Assembly: GCA_963806035.1 (NCBI GenBank)
Contig: CAWDWO010000028.1
Coordinates: forward strand, 1-64,000
DNA length: 64,000 nucleotides
DNA from: Candidatus Krumholzibacteriota bacterium
Lineage (GTDB): Bacteria > Krumholzibacteriota > Krumholzibacteriia > JAJRXK01
Direction: 5' to 3'
Made by a program: the position numbers and the translations under genes. This document shows, in pieces, positions 8,869 through 19,273 of the stretch. The notes under the pieces are model-generated. The model had not been told where the DNA came from, ran no database searches, and saw nothing but the letters and a program-made list of their open reading frames with translations. Numbering within the stretch: the first letter of the stretch is position 1; every line of letters begins with the position of its first letter.

Positions 8869-11022
8869 TCAGGATGAACTCTCCTCTATATAATAAGCCT
8901 TCTCGGCATACTCGCGCACCATCCGTTCCGCACTGAACTGGGGAGTGATCGTGGCCATGCAGTGTTTCATGCGGCGCACCCATTCCACGGGAATGCCCTC
9001 AGCATTGCGCTGGTAGTAGAGCGGGATGATCTCTTTCTCGAGGGTCTGGTAGAGCGAGAGGCTGTCGTCGCGATCCTGGGTCTCGCGATCCAGGTAGTCT
9101 TTGGGCTGTCCGATGGTCCAGCCGTTCTCTCCGTCGTAGCCCTCCGGCCACCACCCGTCCAGAACGCTGAAGTTGAGCGCGCCGTTCATGGCCGCCTTCT
9201 GCCCACTGGTTCCGCTCGCCTCCATCGGACGCATCGGGGTGTTGAGCCAGAGATCGACTCCCTGCACCAGGGCGCGGCCGATTCTCATGTCGTAGTTTTC
9301 CAGGAAGATGACCCGCCCCGCGAAGTCGCTCGTGCGCGAAATTTGGAAGATGTGCTGGATGAGCTCCTGTCCCGGACGGTCGGCCGGATGGGCCTTCCCC
9401 GCCAGCAGGATCTGCACGGGGCGGTCGGCGCTACAGACCAGGCTTCTGAGGTGGTGCATGTCCCGGAAGAGCAAGTCCGCTCGCTTGTAGGTTGCGAAGC
9501 GGCGCGCGAAACCAATGGTGAAGACCTCTTCGTCGAGCCAACCATCGAGCTCGCGCAGCTCGTCGGGGCTGTGGCCGTGACGGGCAAACTGCTGTCGCAA
9601 CATCACTCGAATGAAACGCGCCATGCGGCGCTTCTGAATGAGGTGCGCCATCCAGACTTCCTCATCGGGAATGTCGAAGATGGCCTGCCAATCCTCCACG
9701 GTGAGACGCCGGTCCTTCCAGCCGATGCCCAGGGAACGATTGTACAGTTCGAGCAAATCCAGCCCCAACCAGGTGGAGATGTGGACCCCGTTGGTGATGC
9801 TTCCTATGGGCATCGCCTCCGCGGTTACGTTGGGGTAGAGATGTCGCCACATGCGATTGCTGACTTCGCCGTGCAGCTTACTCACGCCGTTGGCCTGCCG
9901 GCTGGTGCGAATGGCGAGCGCGGTCAGATTGAACGGTTGCTGTGATCCCGCGTAATCGTCCGCGTTCCCCAGGTTCATCAGCTCCTCACAACTGGTGTCG
10001 AGCGCCTCGGCCCAGGGCTTCAGGTACTTGGAAATCAGTTCGCGATCGAAGACCTCGTTGCCAGCCGGCACCGGAGTGTGAGTGGTGAAGACGGTACTGG
10101 CCTTGATTCTCTCGCGGACCGCGTCGAATCCCAGTTTCTCGCGTTCCGCCAGCATCTTCATGCGCTCGAGCTGCAAGAGCACACTGTGACCTTCATTGAG
10201 ATGCCAGACGTCGGGCTGAATGGCGAGCGCTTCGATGGCCTTGGCTCCACCGATACCCAGAATCAGTTCTTGAACCAGGCGCATCTCCCGGCCGCGCACG
10301 TAGAGAATGTTCGTGATGGGCCGGTCGGAGGGGTCGTTCTGCGCAATGTCCGTATCGAGAAGCACCAGAGGTACGCGCCCGACCTGCGCGAGCCACAACT
10401 TCGCGCAGACCTCCCGCTCTGGAAAAGGAATTCTGACGACCACGCTGCGCCCGGTGGGCCCGGCCACGGGGCGCAACGGCAAGCGCGTGAAGTCGCAGTG
10501 CAGATAGGTGTGCTGTTGCAACCCGTCGGCGTCGATGGTCTGCATGAAGTACCCGCGACGATACAACAACCCCACGGCAACCAGGGGAATCCCCAGATCG
10601 CTGGCCGCCTTGAGGTGATCTCCACTGAGGATCCCGAGACCACCGGAATAGCCTGGCAGACTCTCGTGCACTCCGTATTCCATCGAGAAATAGGCGACTT
10701 TGCGCGAGTCCTTTGCGCCATAGGTCTTGGCGTACCAGGAATCATCTCCCGAGCGCATGTAGTTTTCGAATTCCCGGACCACCGAGGCATAGGTGGTCAT
10801 GAAGGTCTCGCTGGTGATCAGCCGTTCCCAGTGGTCGGGCTCGACGTTGATCAGCATTTCCACCGGATTGCGATAGTGCGTCCACGCCACGCCGTCTACC
10901 GCGCTGAACAGACGCCGCGCGCGCGGCGACCATGCCCACCACAGGTTGTAGGACAGCTCGTACAGCTTGACGAGTTCCTGGGGTAGCTCGATGTCCGCTA
11001 CGTTGAGAGTGGGAATCCGCAT
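8869..11022 (-). CDS. glgP: Alpha-glucan (glycogen) phosphorylase
   Basis: YFSMEYG, YSGGLGILSGDHLK, RRFATYKRA and EASGTSGQKAAMNG (PLP lysine) motifs. Confidence 0.96.
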   Translation of the reverse strand: MRIPTLNVADIELPQELVKLYELSYNLWWAWSPRARRLFSAVDGVAWTHYRNPVEMLINVEPDHWERLITSETFMTTYASVVREFENYMRSGDDSWYAKTYGAKDSRKVAYFSMEYGVHESLPGYSGGLGILSGDHLKAASDLGIPLVAVGLLYRRGYFMQTIDADGLQQHTYLHCDFTRLPLRPVAGPTGRSVVVRIPFPEREVCAKLWLAQVGRVPLVLLDTDIAQNDPSDRPITNILYVRGREMRLVQELILGIGGAKAIEALAIQPDVWHLNEGHSVLLQLERMKMLAEREKLGFDAVRERIKASTVFTTHTPVPAGNEVFDRELISKYLKPWAEALDTSCEELMNLGNADDYAGSQQPFNLTALAIRTSRQANGVSKLHGEVSNRMWRHLYPNVTAEAMPIGSITNGVHISTWLGLDLLELYNRSLGIGWKDRRLTVEDWQAIFDIPDEEVWMAHLIQKRRMARFIRVMLRQQFARHGHSPDELRELDGWLDEEVFTIGFARRFATYKRADLLFRDMHHLRSLVCSADRPVQILLAGKAHPADRPGQELIQHIFQISRTSDFAGRVIFLENYDMRIGRALVQGVDLWLNTPMRPMEASGTSGQKAAMNGALNFSVLDGWWPEGYDGENGWTIGQPKDYLDRETQDRDDSLSLYQTLEKEIIPLYYQRNAEGIPVEWVRRMKHCMATITPQFSAERMVREYAEKAYYIEESSS

Positions 11023-11052
11023 GAAAATTCTCCTGGAACGCGATCCGCTGGC

Positions 11053-12642
11053 TCAGAGGTACACACCATAGTCGATCCACCGGAAGATCGGATCGAGATA
11101 AGAAAGTCGTTCTATCCGATCCATGTCGATCCGTCCATCGTCGATCATTTGCGCGATTTCGTTGAAATTCGCGATATGCTCGCGAAATCTGCGAATTGCA
11201 TAGGGAACCGAGGTTTCCATGCTCACGATGAACGCCCAATCCGAACTCTGAGCCAGAAGCAACTCACGGGCCGCTTGGTCGAGTGCTTCCTTGAGAATCC
11301 CCGTGGCACCGGGGTGACTCCTGGCGAGTCTCTCCATGCGTAGCTCCGCCTCGTGCTGATGGCGATAAAACCACGCATTGCCGCCGTTCAACCATACGCG
11401 GAAGTATCCCTCGTCGCCCCAGGTGCTCATGTTGGGCACCTGCTCTTGCACCGCCAGATCGCGGTCGATGTAATCGCCGGGGGTGATGAGCTCGAGTTCG
11501 TCCTGCTGCGTTGCCGCCTTCCGCAGGAAGTGTTCGAGGAACCAGGGGCCCTCGAACCACCAATGTCCGAAGAGTTCGGCGTCGTAGGGACTCACGATCA
11601 AAGGAGGCCGGTCCATTCCTCCCGCCAACCAACGAACTTGTGACTGGCGATTGAAAAGAAAGTTGCCGGCGTGTTCCTCCGCGCGTTGGCGCGCCTTGTC
11701 CACGTCCCAGTAAGCCTTTTCGTGCAGCTGAACCTCGCCCGTGACTCGGTGGTACTTGACGCCGACGCCGCGACGAACTCCATCCTGGTGCAGGAAGGGC
11801 CTGATGTATTCGTAGTCGGAGTCGTAGCCGAGATCGCGATAGAACTCGCGGTACCACTCGTCTCCGGGATAACCTTCTTTCGAACTCCAGACCTGCTTGG
11901 AAGATTCCGGATCGCGGGGAAAGGCGTAAACTCCCGCCGGAGTACTCACCGGCGCGTAGAGACCGAGCGCGGGTCTGGGCTCTCCGAAAAGCACTCCGTG
12001 GCTGTCGGTGAAAAAGTACTCGATGCCACTCTGCGCGAGGATTTCGTCGAGGCCCTCTTGCCAGCCGCACTCCGCGAGCCAGATTCCCCGCGGATCGCGC
12101 CCGAAGGCGCGCCGGTAGCTCTCCACCCCGACGCGCACCTGCGCGCGCTTTGAGTTCAGGGTGGACATTGTGGGAAGCAGCCCGTGAGTCGCGGTGCAGG
12201 TGACCAGTTCGGCCCGGCCGGAGTCCTGCGCGTGGCGCAGCGCATCGCGAAGGTTACCGCCCCAACGTTCTTCCACGTAAGTCCGGGTGTCGCGCAACCA
12301 GCTTTGGTAGAAGCGTGCCGACTTTCCCAGTGGCGTGCCCTCTTCGTGTCCCGCAACCTCGTGGGCGACGAGATCCTGCATTTTCTGTAGATGACGGCGG
12401 TACCGCGATTCCAGCAGCGGATCCGCGAGCATCGAGGCCAAAGATGGAGTCACCGTCATGGTCAGACGGGAACCGACTCCTTCCCCGTCGAGCGTGTCGA
12501 AAGCGCGCAGCAGGGGAACGTAGCATTCGGTAATGGCTTCGAAGAGCCAGTCTTCTTCCAAGAAGTCCTCGTGCTCGGGATGACGCACGTAAGGAAGGTG
12601 CGCATGAAGGACGAGGGCCATGGAACCAAGCGCTTGGTTCAT
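11053..12642 (-). CDS. GH57 1,4-alpha-glucan branching enzyme (DUF1957-type)
   Basis: HAHLPYV, WLAECG, PYDAELFGHWWFEG and AQSSDWAF motifs. Confidence 0.93.
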   Translation of the reverse strand: MNQALGSMALVLHAHLPYVRHPEHEDFLEEDWLFEAITECYVPLLRAFDTLDGEGVGSRLTMTVTPSLASMLADPLLESRYRRHLQKMQDLVAHEVAGHEEGTPLGKSARFYQSWLRDTRTYVEERWGGNLRDALRHAQDSGRAELVTCTATHGLLPTMSTLNSKRAQVRVGVESYRRAFGRDPRGIWLAECGWQEGLDEILAQSGIEYFFTDSHGVLFGEPRPALGLYAPVSTPAGVYAFPRDPESSKQVWSSKEGYPGDEWYREFYRDLGYDSDYEYIRPFLHQDGVRRGVGVKYHRVTGEVQLHEKAYWDVDKARQRAEEHAGNFLFNRQSQVRWLAGGMDRPPLIVSPYDAELFGHWWFEGPWFLEHFLRKAATQQDELELITPGDYIDRDLAVQEQVPNMSTWGDEGYFRVWLNGGNAWFYRHQHEAELRMERLARSHPGATGILKEALDQAARELLLAQSSDWAFIVSMETSVPYAIRRFREHIANFNEIAQMIDDGRIDMDRIERLSYLDPIFRWIDYGVYL

Positions 12643-14660
12643 CGCAATACCCCCTTGAAGACCCTTCTCAAGTGCGAGGATCCCGCCGGACCCCGGAGGT
12701 CATCCTCGAGTCCATACGAGGGAACTTCCTCGCCGCGGGACAGGGCCTGTCTGCGCTTGGCCGCGAGATGGCGTCTGCGCCTCTCTTCTGCTTCGATCCA
12801 ACGCGCGTCTCGATTCGGGGATGCCGAAGCACGCGGGGTCTTCACGGTGTTGCTCTGCAAGAGCAATCGCCCGGAGGAATCGAAGAGACGAGCTCGATAG
12901 TGGCGCGCCGGTGAAGCCGCAATCCAACAGTCTCCAAGATCAGAGAACTCTCCTCCTTCGGTCCAACTCTCCCCGTCGCGTTCCAACTGCAAGCTGAGCG
13001 GAAGCTTTATCCCGTCGCCGGCGACTTCCCAGTAGAGGTAGAGCTGCGTGGGAGACTGAACCATGAGTCGAATCCTGTCCTGATGGTATCGCTCCGGTAG
13101 TTTTGGACCCCAGTCGATGAAGGGTGCCGATTCAGTCGGCTTGGTCTCACCGAGCCGGGGAAGCTCGATCGAGAAGCGCCAGGGCTCCCGTTCGAAGAGC
13201 TTCCGGTAGAGTCTCTCATAGGAAGGCAGCGCATTCTCCCAGGACCAATCCTGCTTCATTGCGGTACGCATGAGCCGGGTCCACACGGGCCGATCACGAT
13301 AGAACCTGAGGGCGCGGTTGAGACAGAGCGAGAGCGCGCGCGAACTCTCGGTATTGAAGACGAAGCCAGTGGCGCGCTCGCTCAAGAGCGAGGCCTTCGT
13401 AACGCCACGGACCGTGTCGGCAAGTCCCCCTACTCGATGCACGACCGGAATCGTTCCGTAGCGCATGGCCTGCATTTGCGTGAGTCCACACGGCTCGAAA
13501 CGGGAGGGCATGAGCACCAGGTCCGCACCCGCGAGAACCTGACGCGCGAGCGTGCGCTCGAAACCGAGGTAGACGACCATCTTTCCGGGGAACCTTTCGG
13601 CCAGCTTGCGGCCCCTCTCCTCCAATTCGGCTGCCCCGCTGCCCATGATCACGACGCTCGCGCCCTTGGAAAGGAGCGAGGGAATGACGTCGTAGATGAG
13701 GTCCAGTCCCTTCTGCGGTACCATGCGCCCCAAAAATGCGATCAGGGGCGCTTGCGACTGATGAGTCAATCCGAGGTTCTTCATGACCTGGATTTTGCAT
13801 TTCTCTTTTCCGGCCAGGTGGTCACGATCGTAGCGGGAGTGGATCAAGGGATCGCTGGCGGGATTCCATTCATCGTAGTCGAGACCGTTCAGAATGCCGT
13901 GGAGGCGATCGCCGCGCAGCCGCAAGAGTGCGTCCATCCCGCGCCCCTCCTCGGGGCTCAGGATCTCCTTGGCGTAGCGCGGACTGACGGTGTGCAGAGC
14001 GTCGGCGAGCAAGATTCCGCCCTTGAGCCAGCTCACCTCGTTTTCGTGGCCCAGCAGGTTCCACAATCCCAGTTTGCGCGGCAGTCCGAGCTCATCGAGA
14101 GTGTGGCTCTTGAAACATCCGGGATGCGCCAGATTGTGAATGCTTTGCACGACGCGAACGTCCGCGAGTTCGGGATCCTCGCGGTAGTGCGTCGCGAGCA
14201 AGACGGCACAGAGCGCGGCGGTCCAGTCGTGCAGGTGCAGAATTTTGAAATTCTCGCGTTTGGCCAATTCACAGGCCGCTTTCGAGAGCACCGCGAAGCG
14301 AATGTGGTTGTCGGGGTAGTCGAAGCCCTTCTCCGCGTAGATTCCGCCCCGATCGTAGAGCTCGTCACAGACCAAAAAATGCAGCTTTAGGCCGTTGTCA
14401 CCCATCGCGCTGAGTACTTGGGCGTCGTAGAAGTGGCCCGCGAGCTCGATGCTCAGAAACTTGGCGTCGTAGAAATCCGGCTCATAGGCGCCGTCCTTCA
14501 CCGCGCGATAGTAGGGAAGCAGGACTTCCACTTCCCAACCCGCGGCGCACAGCCGGCGAGGCATGGCGCCCACGACTTCCGCCAGCCCTCCAGTCGACGC
14601 ATAGGGCGCCGCTTCGGGACTCACCCAGAGAACACGGGGGCGTGATGTGGCTTCCTTCAT
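12639..14660 (-). CDS. glgA: Glycogen synthase with a C-terminal DUF4912-like extension
   Basis: TGGLAEV, HLHDW and MPSRFEPCGLTQM motifs; C-terminal LPERYHQDRIRLMVQSPTQLYLYWEV. Confidence 0.92.
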   Translation of the reverse strand: MKEATSRPRVLWVSPEAAPYASTGGLAEVVGAMPRRLCAAGWEVEVLLPYYRAVKDGAYEPDFYDAKFLSIELAGHFYDAQVLSAMGDNGLKLHFLVCDELYDRGGIYAEKGFDYPDNHIRFAVLSKAACELAKRENFKILHLHDWTAALCAVLLATHYREDPELADVRVVQSIHNLAHPGCFKSHTLDELGLPRKLGLWNLLGHENEVSWLKGGILLADALHTVSPRYAKEILSPEEGRGMDALLRLRGDRLHGILNGLDYDEWNPASDPLIHSRYDRDHLAGKEKCKIQVMKNLGLTHQSQAPLIAFLGRMVPQKGLDLIYDVIPSLLSKGASVVIMGSGAAELEERGRKLAERFPGKMVVYLGFERTLARQVLAGADLVLMPSRFEPCGLTQMQAMRYGTIPVVHRVGGLADTVRGVTKASLLSERATGFVFNTESSRALSLCLNRALRFYRDRPVWTRLMRTAMKQDWSWENALPSYERLYRKLFEREPWRFSIELPRLGETKPTESAPFIDWGPKLPERYHQDRIRLMVQSPTQLYLYWEVAGDGIKLPLSLQLERDGESWTEGGEFSDLGDCWIAASPARHYRARLFDSSGRLLLQSNTVKTPRASASPNRDARWIEAEERRRRHLAAKRRQALSRGEEVPSYGLEDDLRGPAGSSHLRRVFKGVLR

Positions 14661-17065
14661 CGGACACCTTCCAGGATTGACTGCACGAGATCTTCACTGA
14701 TTCCGAGTTTCCTGCCGACCCTCATTGCGCTCTCGTGCGGCGCCAGGGTGGCTCCCCCTTCGACAAACTGTTCTTGCGCTCGGTACAGATGGAGAGGAAT
14801 GCCGAGTTCGTCCGCCCAAGACAGGATCTTCTCGATCTTGGGAAGTTCGCCTTCGGCGAGGAGCTCAACGACGGTCGACTCGACTTTGAAACGCGAGGCG
14901 GACCAATCGATTTCCATACCGCAGCCGCGCGCCAGCTCTGCGCTTTTCTTCAGCTCCTCCAGGGCGTCTCCGTTCTGATCGGCCAGCGCTCGCAGCAGGG
15001 CCTCGTTCAGCGCGGCCTCCAGCGCGATGCGCGCCAAGCCACTCAAGAGTTGCGGCTCGTCGAGCCCGAGTCGCTCGACTCCGGCCAACAGATGCTGGTG
15101 ATCGTGATGGAGACGCGACAGACTGCCTTGGAAACTCTCGTAGCTCCGCGTGATCAGCGGCGCCAGAAGTTCTCTCCCTCCGCTACTCAAAAGACTCGCG
15201 GAATCGTATCTGAGATCGTTGAACTCCTCGTCGAGGACATCGATTTCGATGCCGTCGCTGAATGCGCTCCCCAACCTCCGCCCAGCAGCGTTGAAATCCT
15301 CTTCGCTCATGTCCAGAGACACGTGAGCGCGCAGATCGAGGTCTCCGCCCTCCAGGACCACGACGGCCCCGTGAAAGCTGCGCTGGGTCTGAGTCAATCT
15401 AACGGAGATGCGGCCGGTGTGCATGGTGCAGCCGTCCCGTTCCTGACGTTCATGGGAAAGGACTCGCCACTTCCACTCCCCGGCTCCGCCACTCTCGCTT
15501 TCCGTCTCTTTGCTGCGCAGAAGGGCGTGGACCAGGATTTGCCGCGGATCGACGGTGTCGGTGGTCACGATCTCCCGGAACAAATCGGTGCCGTTGCCCA
15601 CCCCCTCCACATTGCTCTTGGCTCGCGTGAGATCTTCGAGAAAGACCGCCGCCGGAGGCGCCCCCCCGAGCTCGGTCCACAAGTCGATGGCCCGGGCGGC
15701 GTAGCGGAGGACCTGGCGCGCTTCGATTCCGCTGATGTCGTCGAAAAACCAGCCGCAGCTCGTGTACTGCAGCATGAGCTGATGCTGCATTTCCAGAAGC
15801 GACAGCGCGCGCACCCGTTGTTCCTTGGAAAGTTCTCCGCGGCCGTGTTCACCGAGAAAGGCGCGACAGCTTTCGTAACCTGGAGACAGCAAGACGCGAA
15901 TGTAGTCGTCGCGCGCGGACCACGGATCGTGCAGCAGTTTACCCGCTTCCTCTTCGAAATAGCTCCGTGAAGCGTCCCGCAAGGTGTCCATGGCCTTCCT
16001 GAGACCGGTACGCCAGGACTGATTCCATCCGTCTTTCGGCGTGACCCTGCACCCGCAGTCACGGATCCAACGTCCTACGCCGTGAGCGCAACTCCAAGAA
16101 CTCCCCTCTCCCTCGGGACCCAGGTCGAGCTCGACCTCCCAGCTGGGCGGGTGGAGATCGAGTGCGTAGCCGTAGTTGGTCACCCTGAATCCCTTTGCCG
16201 GAAGAACGCGGGTGAGAGCGTGGGACAGCACGCGATCTCCCCACGCGTGGTGATGGCCCGCCGTCTCGCCATCGGTCGCCAGATGGACCAGGGGACCGGC
16301 ATTCGTTCGTTTCTGGGCCGCCAGGACCTGTTGAACGAATCGATCCGATTCATTCAGCGCATCGCCGAAGGCGACTTCGTGGGCAAGCTCTCCGTCATAG
16401 AAGAAGACCGCGATGCTGCGCCCACTCCCGTCCCGGTGCCGGTACAAATAGGGTCTCGAACAGTCGATCTTTCCCCCGCTGACGTCCTGCCATTTCTCTT
16501 GCTTCGGCCCGCGGATTCGCGCCGCCTGTTGGGGGGCTAGAATCACGAATCTCATTCCCTGTTCGATCAGCTCGTCGAGTACCTCGTGATTGGCGGCGGT
16601 CTCGGGAAGCCACAGGGCCTCCGCCTCGCGCTGGAACTGAGCCTGGAAGGCGGCGAGACCCCAGTGGATTTGGGTCCGGCGGTCCCGCTTGTCGGCCAGC
16701 GGCAGGATCATGTGATTGTAGGCCTGCGCCAGAGCGTTCCCGTGCCCGCCGTTCGCGAGCGCACTCTTTTTGTCGGCGGCGACCATTCGCTCGAGAGTGA
16801 GCGGGTCGTGTTGCTTCAACCAGCGCGCCAGAGTGGGGCCCAGATTGAAGGAAATGAACTCGTAGTTGTTGACGATCTCCGCCACGAGCTGTGCTTCATC
16901 GAGGATCCTGCCGTACGCGTTGGGCCGGTAGCACTCTTCATCGATTCGCTGGTTCCAATCGTGGCTGGGCGCGGCGGACTGCTCCCTCGATACCAGCCCG
17001 GTCCACGGATTTTCGCGCGGTGGCTGGTAGAAATGGCCGTGGAAGATGAAGAGTTTTTCCGACAT
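14657..17065 (-). CDS. GH57 family protein, DUF3536-type
   Basis: HGHFYQPPRENPW, WLPETA, ATDGETAGHH, SWSCAHGVGRW and YTSCGWFFD motifs. Confidence 0.9.
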   Translation of the reverse strand: MSEKLFIFHGHFYQPPRENPWTGLVSREQSAAPSHDWNQRIDEECYRPNAYGRILDEAQLVAEIVNNYEFISFNLGPTLARWLKQHDPLTLERMVAADKKSALANGGHGNALAQAYNHMILPLADKRDRRTQIHWGLAAFQAQFQREAEALWLPETAANHEVLDELIEQGMRFVILAPQQAARIRGPKQEKWQDVSGGKIDCSRPYLYRHRDGSGRSIAVFFYDGELAHEVAFGDALNESDRFVQQVLAAQKRTNAGPLVHLATDGETAGHHHAWGDRVLSHALTRVLPAKGFRVTNYGYALDLHPPSWEVELDLGPEGEGSSWSCAHGVGRWIRDCGCRVTPKDGWNQSWRTGLRKAMDTLRDASRSYFEEEAGKLLHDPWSARDDYIRVLLSPGYESCRAFLGEHGRGELSKEQRVRALSLLEMQHQLMLQYTSCGWFFDDISGIEARQVLRYAARAIDLWTELGGAPPAAVFLEDLTRAKSNVEGVGNGTDLFREIVTTDTVDPRQILVHALLRSKETESESGGAGEWKWRVLSHERQERDGCTMHTGRISVRLTQTQRSFHGAVVVLEGGDLDLRAHVSLDMSEEDFNAAGRRLGSAFSDGIEIDVLDEEFNDLRYDSASLLSSGGRELLAPLITRSYESFQGSLSRLHHDHQHLLAGVERLGLDEPQLLSGLARIALEAALNEALLRALADQNGDALEELKKSAELARGCGMEIDWSASRFKVESTVVELLAEGELPKIEKILSWADELGIPLHLYRAQEQFVEGGATLAPHESAMRVGRKLGISEDLVQSILEGVR

Positions 17066-17089
17066 GAACCCTCCCCGGGTCCGCGCGAC

Positions 17090-19273
17090 TCAACCGTCGA
17101 GGCTTTCGTCCGCCAGCGCGCGCGCTGAAGGAATCAGTTGAACTTCGACTTGCAGACGATCTTCGACTCGCCACTCGAAGAGGAAGCAGGTGCCCTGGCC
17201 GATTTTCTCCAGGCCGGACTCGCTGGAAGAGACGGTGTGAACGGGCGCCCAACGGACGCACGCGGCGGGAGCAAACTTCAGTTCGAGCTTGCGCTCCCCA
17301 CCGCCACGCACCAACAGTCGCTCGCACTGCTCTTTCTCGCCGGAAGCCGCGGACTCCCAGCCCTCGGACGAGCCGTCGTCTCGCGCTCCCTCGCGCATCG
17401 CCTCCTCGGAAGCCAGCTCGAGATCGTCACCGGTCCAACCCACGAAGAGATTCCATTCGCTCAAGAACTTGCACGGACCCTCGAGAGCCTCCAGCTCGAG
17501 TTTCAACCCCAGCGCGGCGTCGCGGGCATGGAGCTTTAGCGTCTGGCCGACCCTGAGTCCGTGCTGTTCGGTGCGCATGGTGACCGTGTCGTTCTGCTTC
17601 AGTTCCTCGATCTGCCAGAGGCCCTGGAGCGGCGCGGCGCATTCGTGCAGCGCGCGCGCGTCCGCGATGGACGCGTCCTGGGGCGCGGACCAGCTGATGG
17701 CGGCGACTCTGCTGTGGAGGTCGACCGCCAGATCACTCTCCTTGACCCCGGGCTTGACCCTGACCGCGCCATGGATCGTCGGAATGCCGTCTGCGTTCTC
17801 GTCCAAATCGAGTTGGTTCCCCGCGGCGTCCACGTGAATGACATTTCCTTCGCGCAGAGCCGCGTGGAAGGGCTCTTCGTGGCGCTGCATCACGGTGACC
17901 CAATTGTCTCCCGCCGCGCGAAGGTCCCAGCTCAAGAGCCTTCCCCCTTTGGGATCGAGAACGAGGTGGGTGTGCGGGTTCGCCAGCTCCGCCTCCTCGA
18001 TCCCGTCGGCGTCGAAATCGACCAGGCGCGCCGTGCTCCAGCCTGAATCCCCTTTTTCCAGACGATCGAGAGTTCGCTCGGCCCGGATGAGAGAGCTTTG
18101 AAGAGCCCGGCGGAGATGGGGCAGGTAGAGTCCGCCGAACACTCCGTGCCAGTACGCGTCGTTGCACTGGCCCCGGTAGAGGTCGCGCAACGCCTCCCCC
18201 ATGCGCGCGTCGCTCAGTCCCTTGGCGCGCGCATCGCGGTGTTTGCGGCTCACACGCAACATGCGCTTGTGCAGTCGATTGGCTTCGGGGTACTTGCCGA
18301 GAAATCCGCGCCAATGGCCGCCGCGCAGCAGCGGCAACAATCCCGCGGGATCGTCCTTTTCGAGCTGATGCAGCAAGCCCTCCATCCGCGTGCGCGCGGG
18401 GGTGGGCATGGCCCAAACTGTCAGCTCCGGATAGCTCGCGGCGGGCGGGTAGACCCTGCCCAGGGGAAGGTGCTGGGCCAGGCGGTCCTTCAGATGAACC
18501 AGAGAGATGGCCGGATCGTCGCGCAGCTTCTCCAGAAAGTTCTTCAGCCAGCCCTTCGTGTAGACCCACTCGTAGGTTCCCGGCCACTCGCCGAATTTCT
18601 CCGCGTCGTCGGCGTATACCATGAGCGGAGGATCCGTTTGGTCGCGCGGCAAGCCGTGCAAGAGTTCGAGCGTTTCTTCCGGCGGACGAAATGGAATGGT
18701 GTAGCGGAGAGCCTTCGAACCGGGAAACAGATTCAGGGAAAATCCGGCGTCGTCGGTGACGTAGTGTCCGGACATCGCGTTCGCTTCGATTCCGGCCCAG
18801 CTGAAGATGATGTCGTCCAACACGACATAGCGCACTCCGGCGCGCGCGAGGGGATTGGGCAGACGAGGCTCCCATACCCTTTCGGTGAGCCACGCGCCCT
18901 GGGGAAGCTGGGCAAAGCGTTGTTCGAGTTCCAAGCTGAGCGCCCGCACCTGGCCAATCGCGTCATCCTCGGGCAAGATGCCCAAAATCGGCTCGTTGAG
19001 ACCCCCGGTGAGGAGTTCCACGCTGCCCCGACGCACCATGCGCTGCAAGATGCGCAGAAGATCGGGCCGGTGCTTGTCGAACCACTCCAGGAGAATCGCG
19101 TTGAAATGAAAGTGGAACTTGAGTTCGGGATACTCAAACAGGAGTTCGAGAAGCGGCGCATAGCATACTTCGGTCACTTTCTCGAAGACTTCACCGAAAT
19201 TTCCCACCGGCTGGTGGAAGTGCAACACGAAGGCGAGTTCCGATCGTGTGCTCGTCTCAGAGATTTCGTGCAC
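17090..19273 (-). CDS. GH57 alpha-amylase/4-alpha-glucanotransferase
   Basis: HFHQPVGN, WLTERVWEP, DDAEKFGEWP and GQCNDAYWHGVFGGLYLPHLR motifs. Confidence 0.9.
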   Translation of the reverse strand: MHEISETSTRSELAFVLHFHQPVGNFGEVFEKVTEVCYAPLLELLFEYPELKFHFHFNAILLEWFDKHRPDLLRILQRMVRRGSVELLTGGLNEPILGILPEDDAIGQVRALSLELEQRFAQLPQGAWLTERVWEPRLPNPLARAGVRYVVLDDIIFSWAGIEANAMSGHYVTDDAGFSLNLFPGSKALRYTIPFRPPEETLELLHGLPRDQTDPPLMVYADDAEKFGEWPGTYEWVYTKGWLKNFLEKLRDDPAISLVHLKDRLAQHLPLGRVYPPAASYPELTVWAMPTPARTRMEGLLHQLEKDDPAGLLPLLRGGHWRGFLGKYPEANRLHKRMLRVSRKHRDARAKGLSDARMGEALRDLYRGQCNDAYWHGVFGGLYLPHLRRALQSSLIRAERTLDRLEKGDSGWSTARLVDFDADGIEEAELANPHTHLVLDPKGGRLLSWDLRAAGDNWVTVMQRHEEPFHAALREGNVIHVDAAGNQLDLDENADGIPTIHGAVRVKPGVKESDLAVDLHSRVAAISWSAPQDASIADARALHECAAPLQGLWQIEELKQNDTVTMRTEQHGLRVGQTLKLHARDAALGLKLELEALEGPCKFLSEWNLFVGWTGDDLELASEEAMREGARDDGSSEGWESAASGEKEQCERLLVRGGGERKLELKFAPAACVRWAPVHTVSSSESGLEKIGQGTCFLFEWRVEDRLQVEVQLIPSARALADESLDG

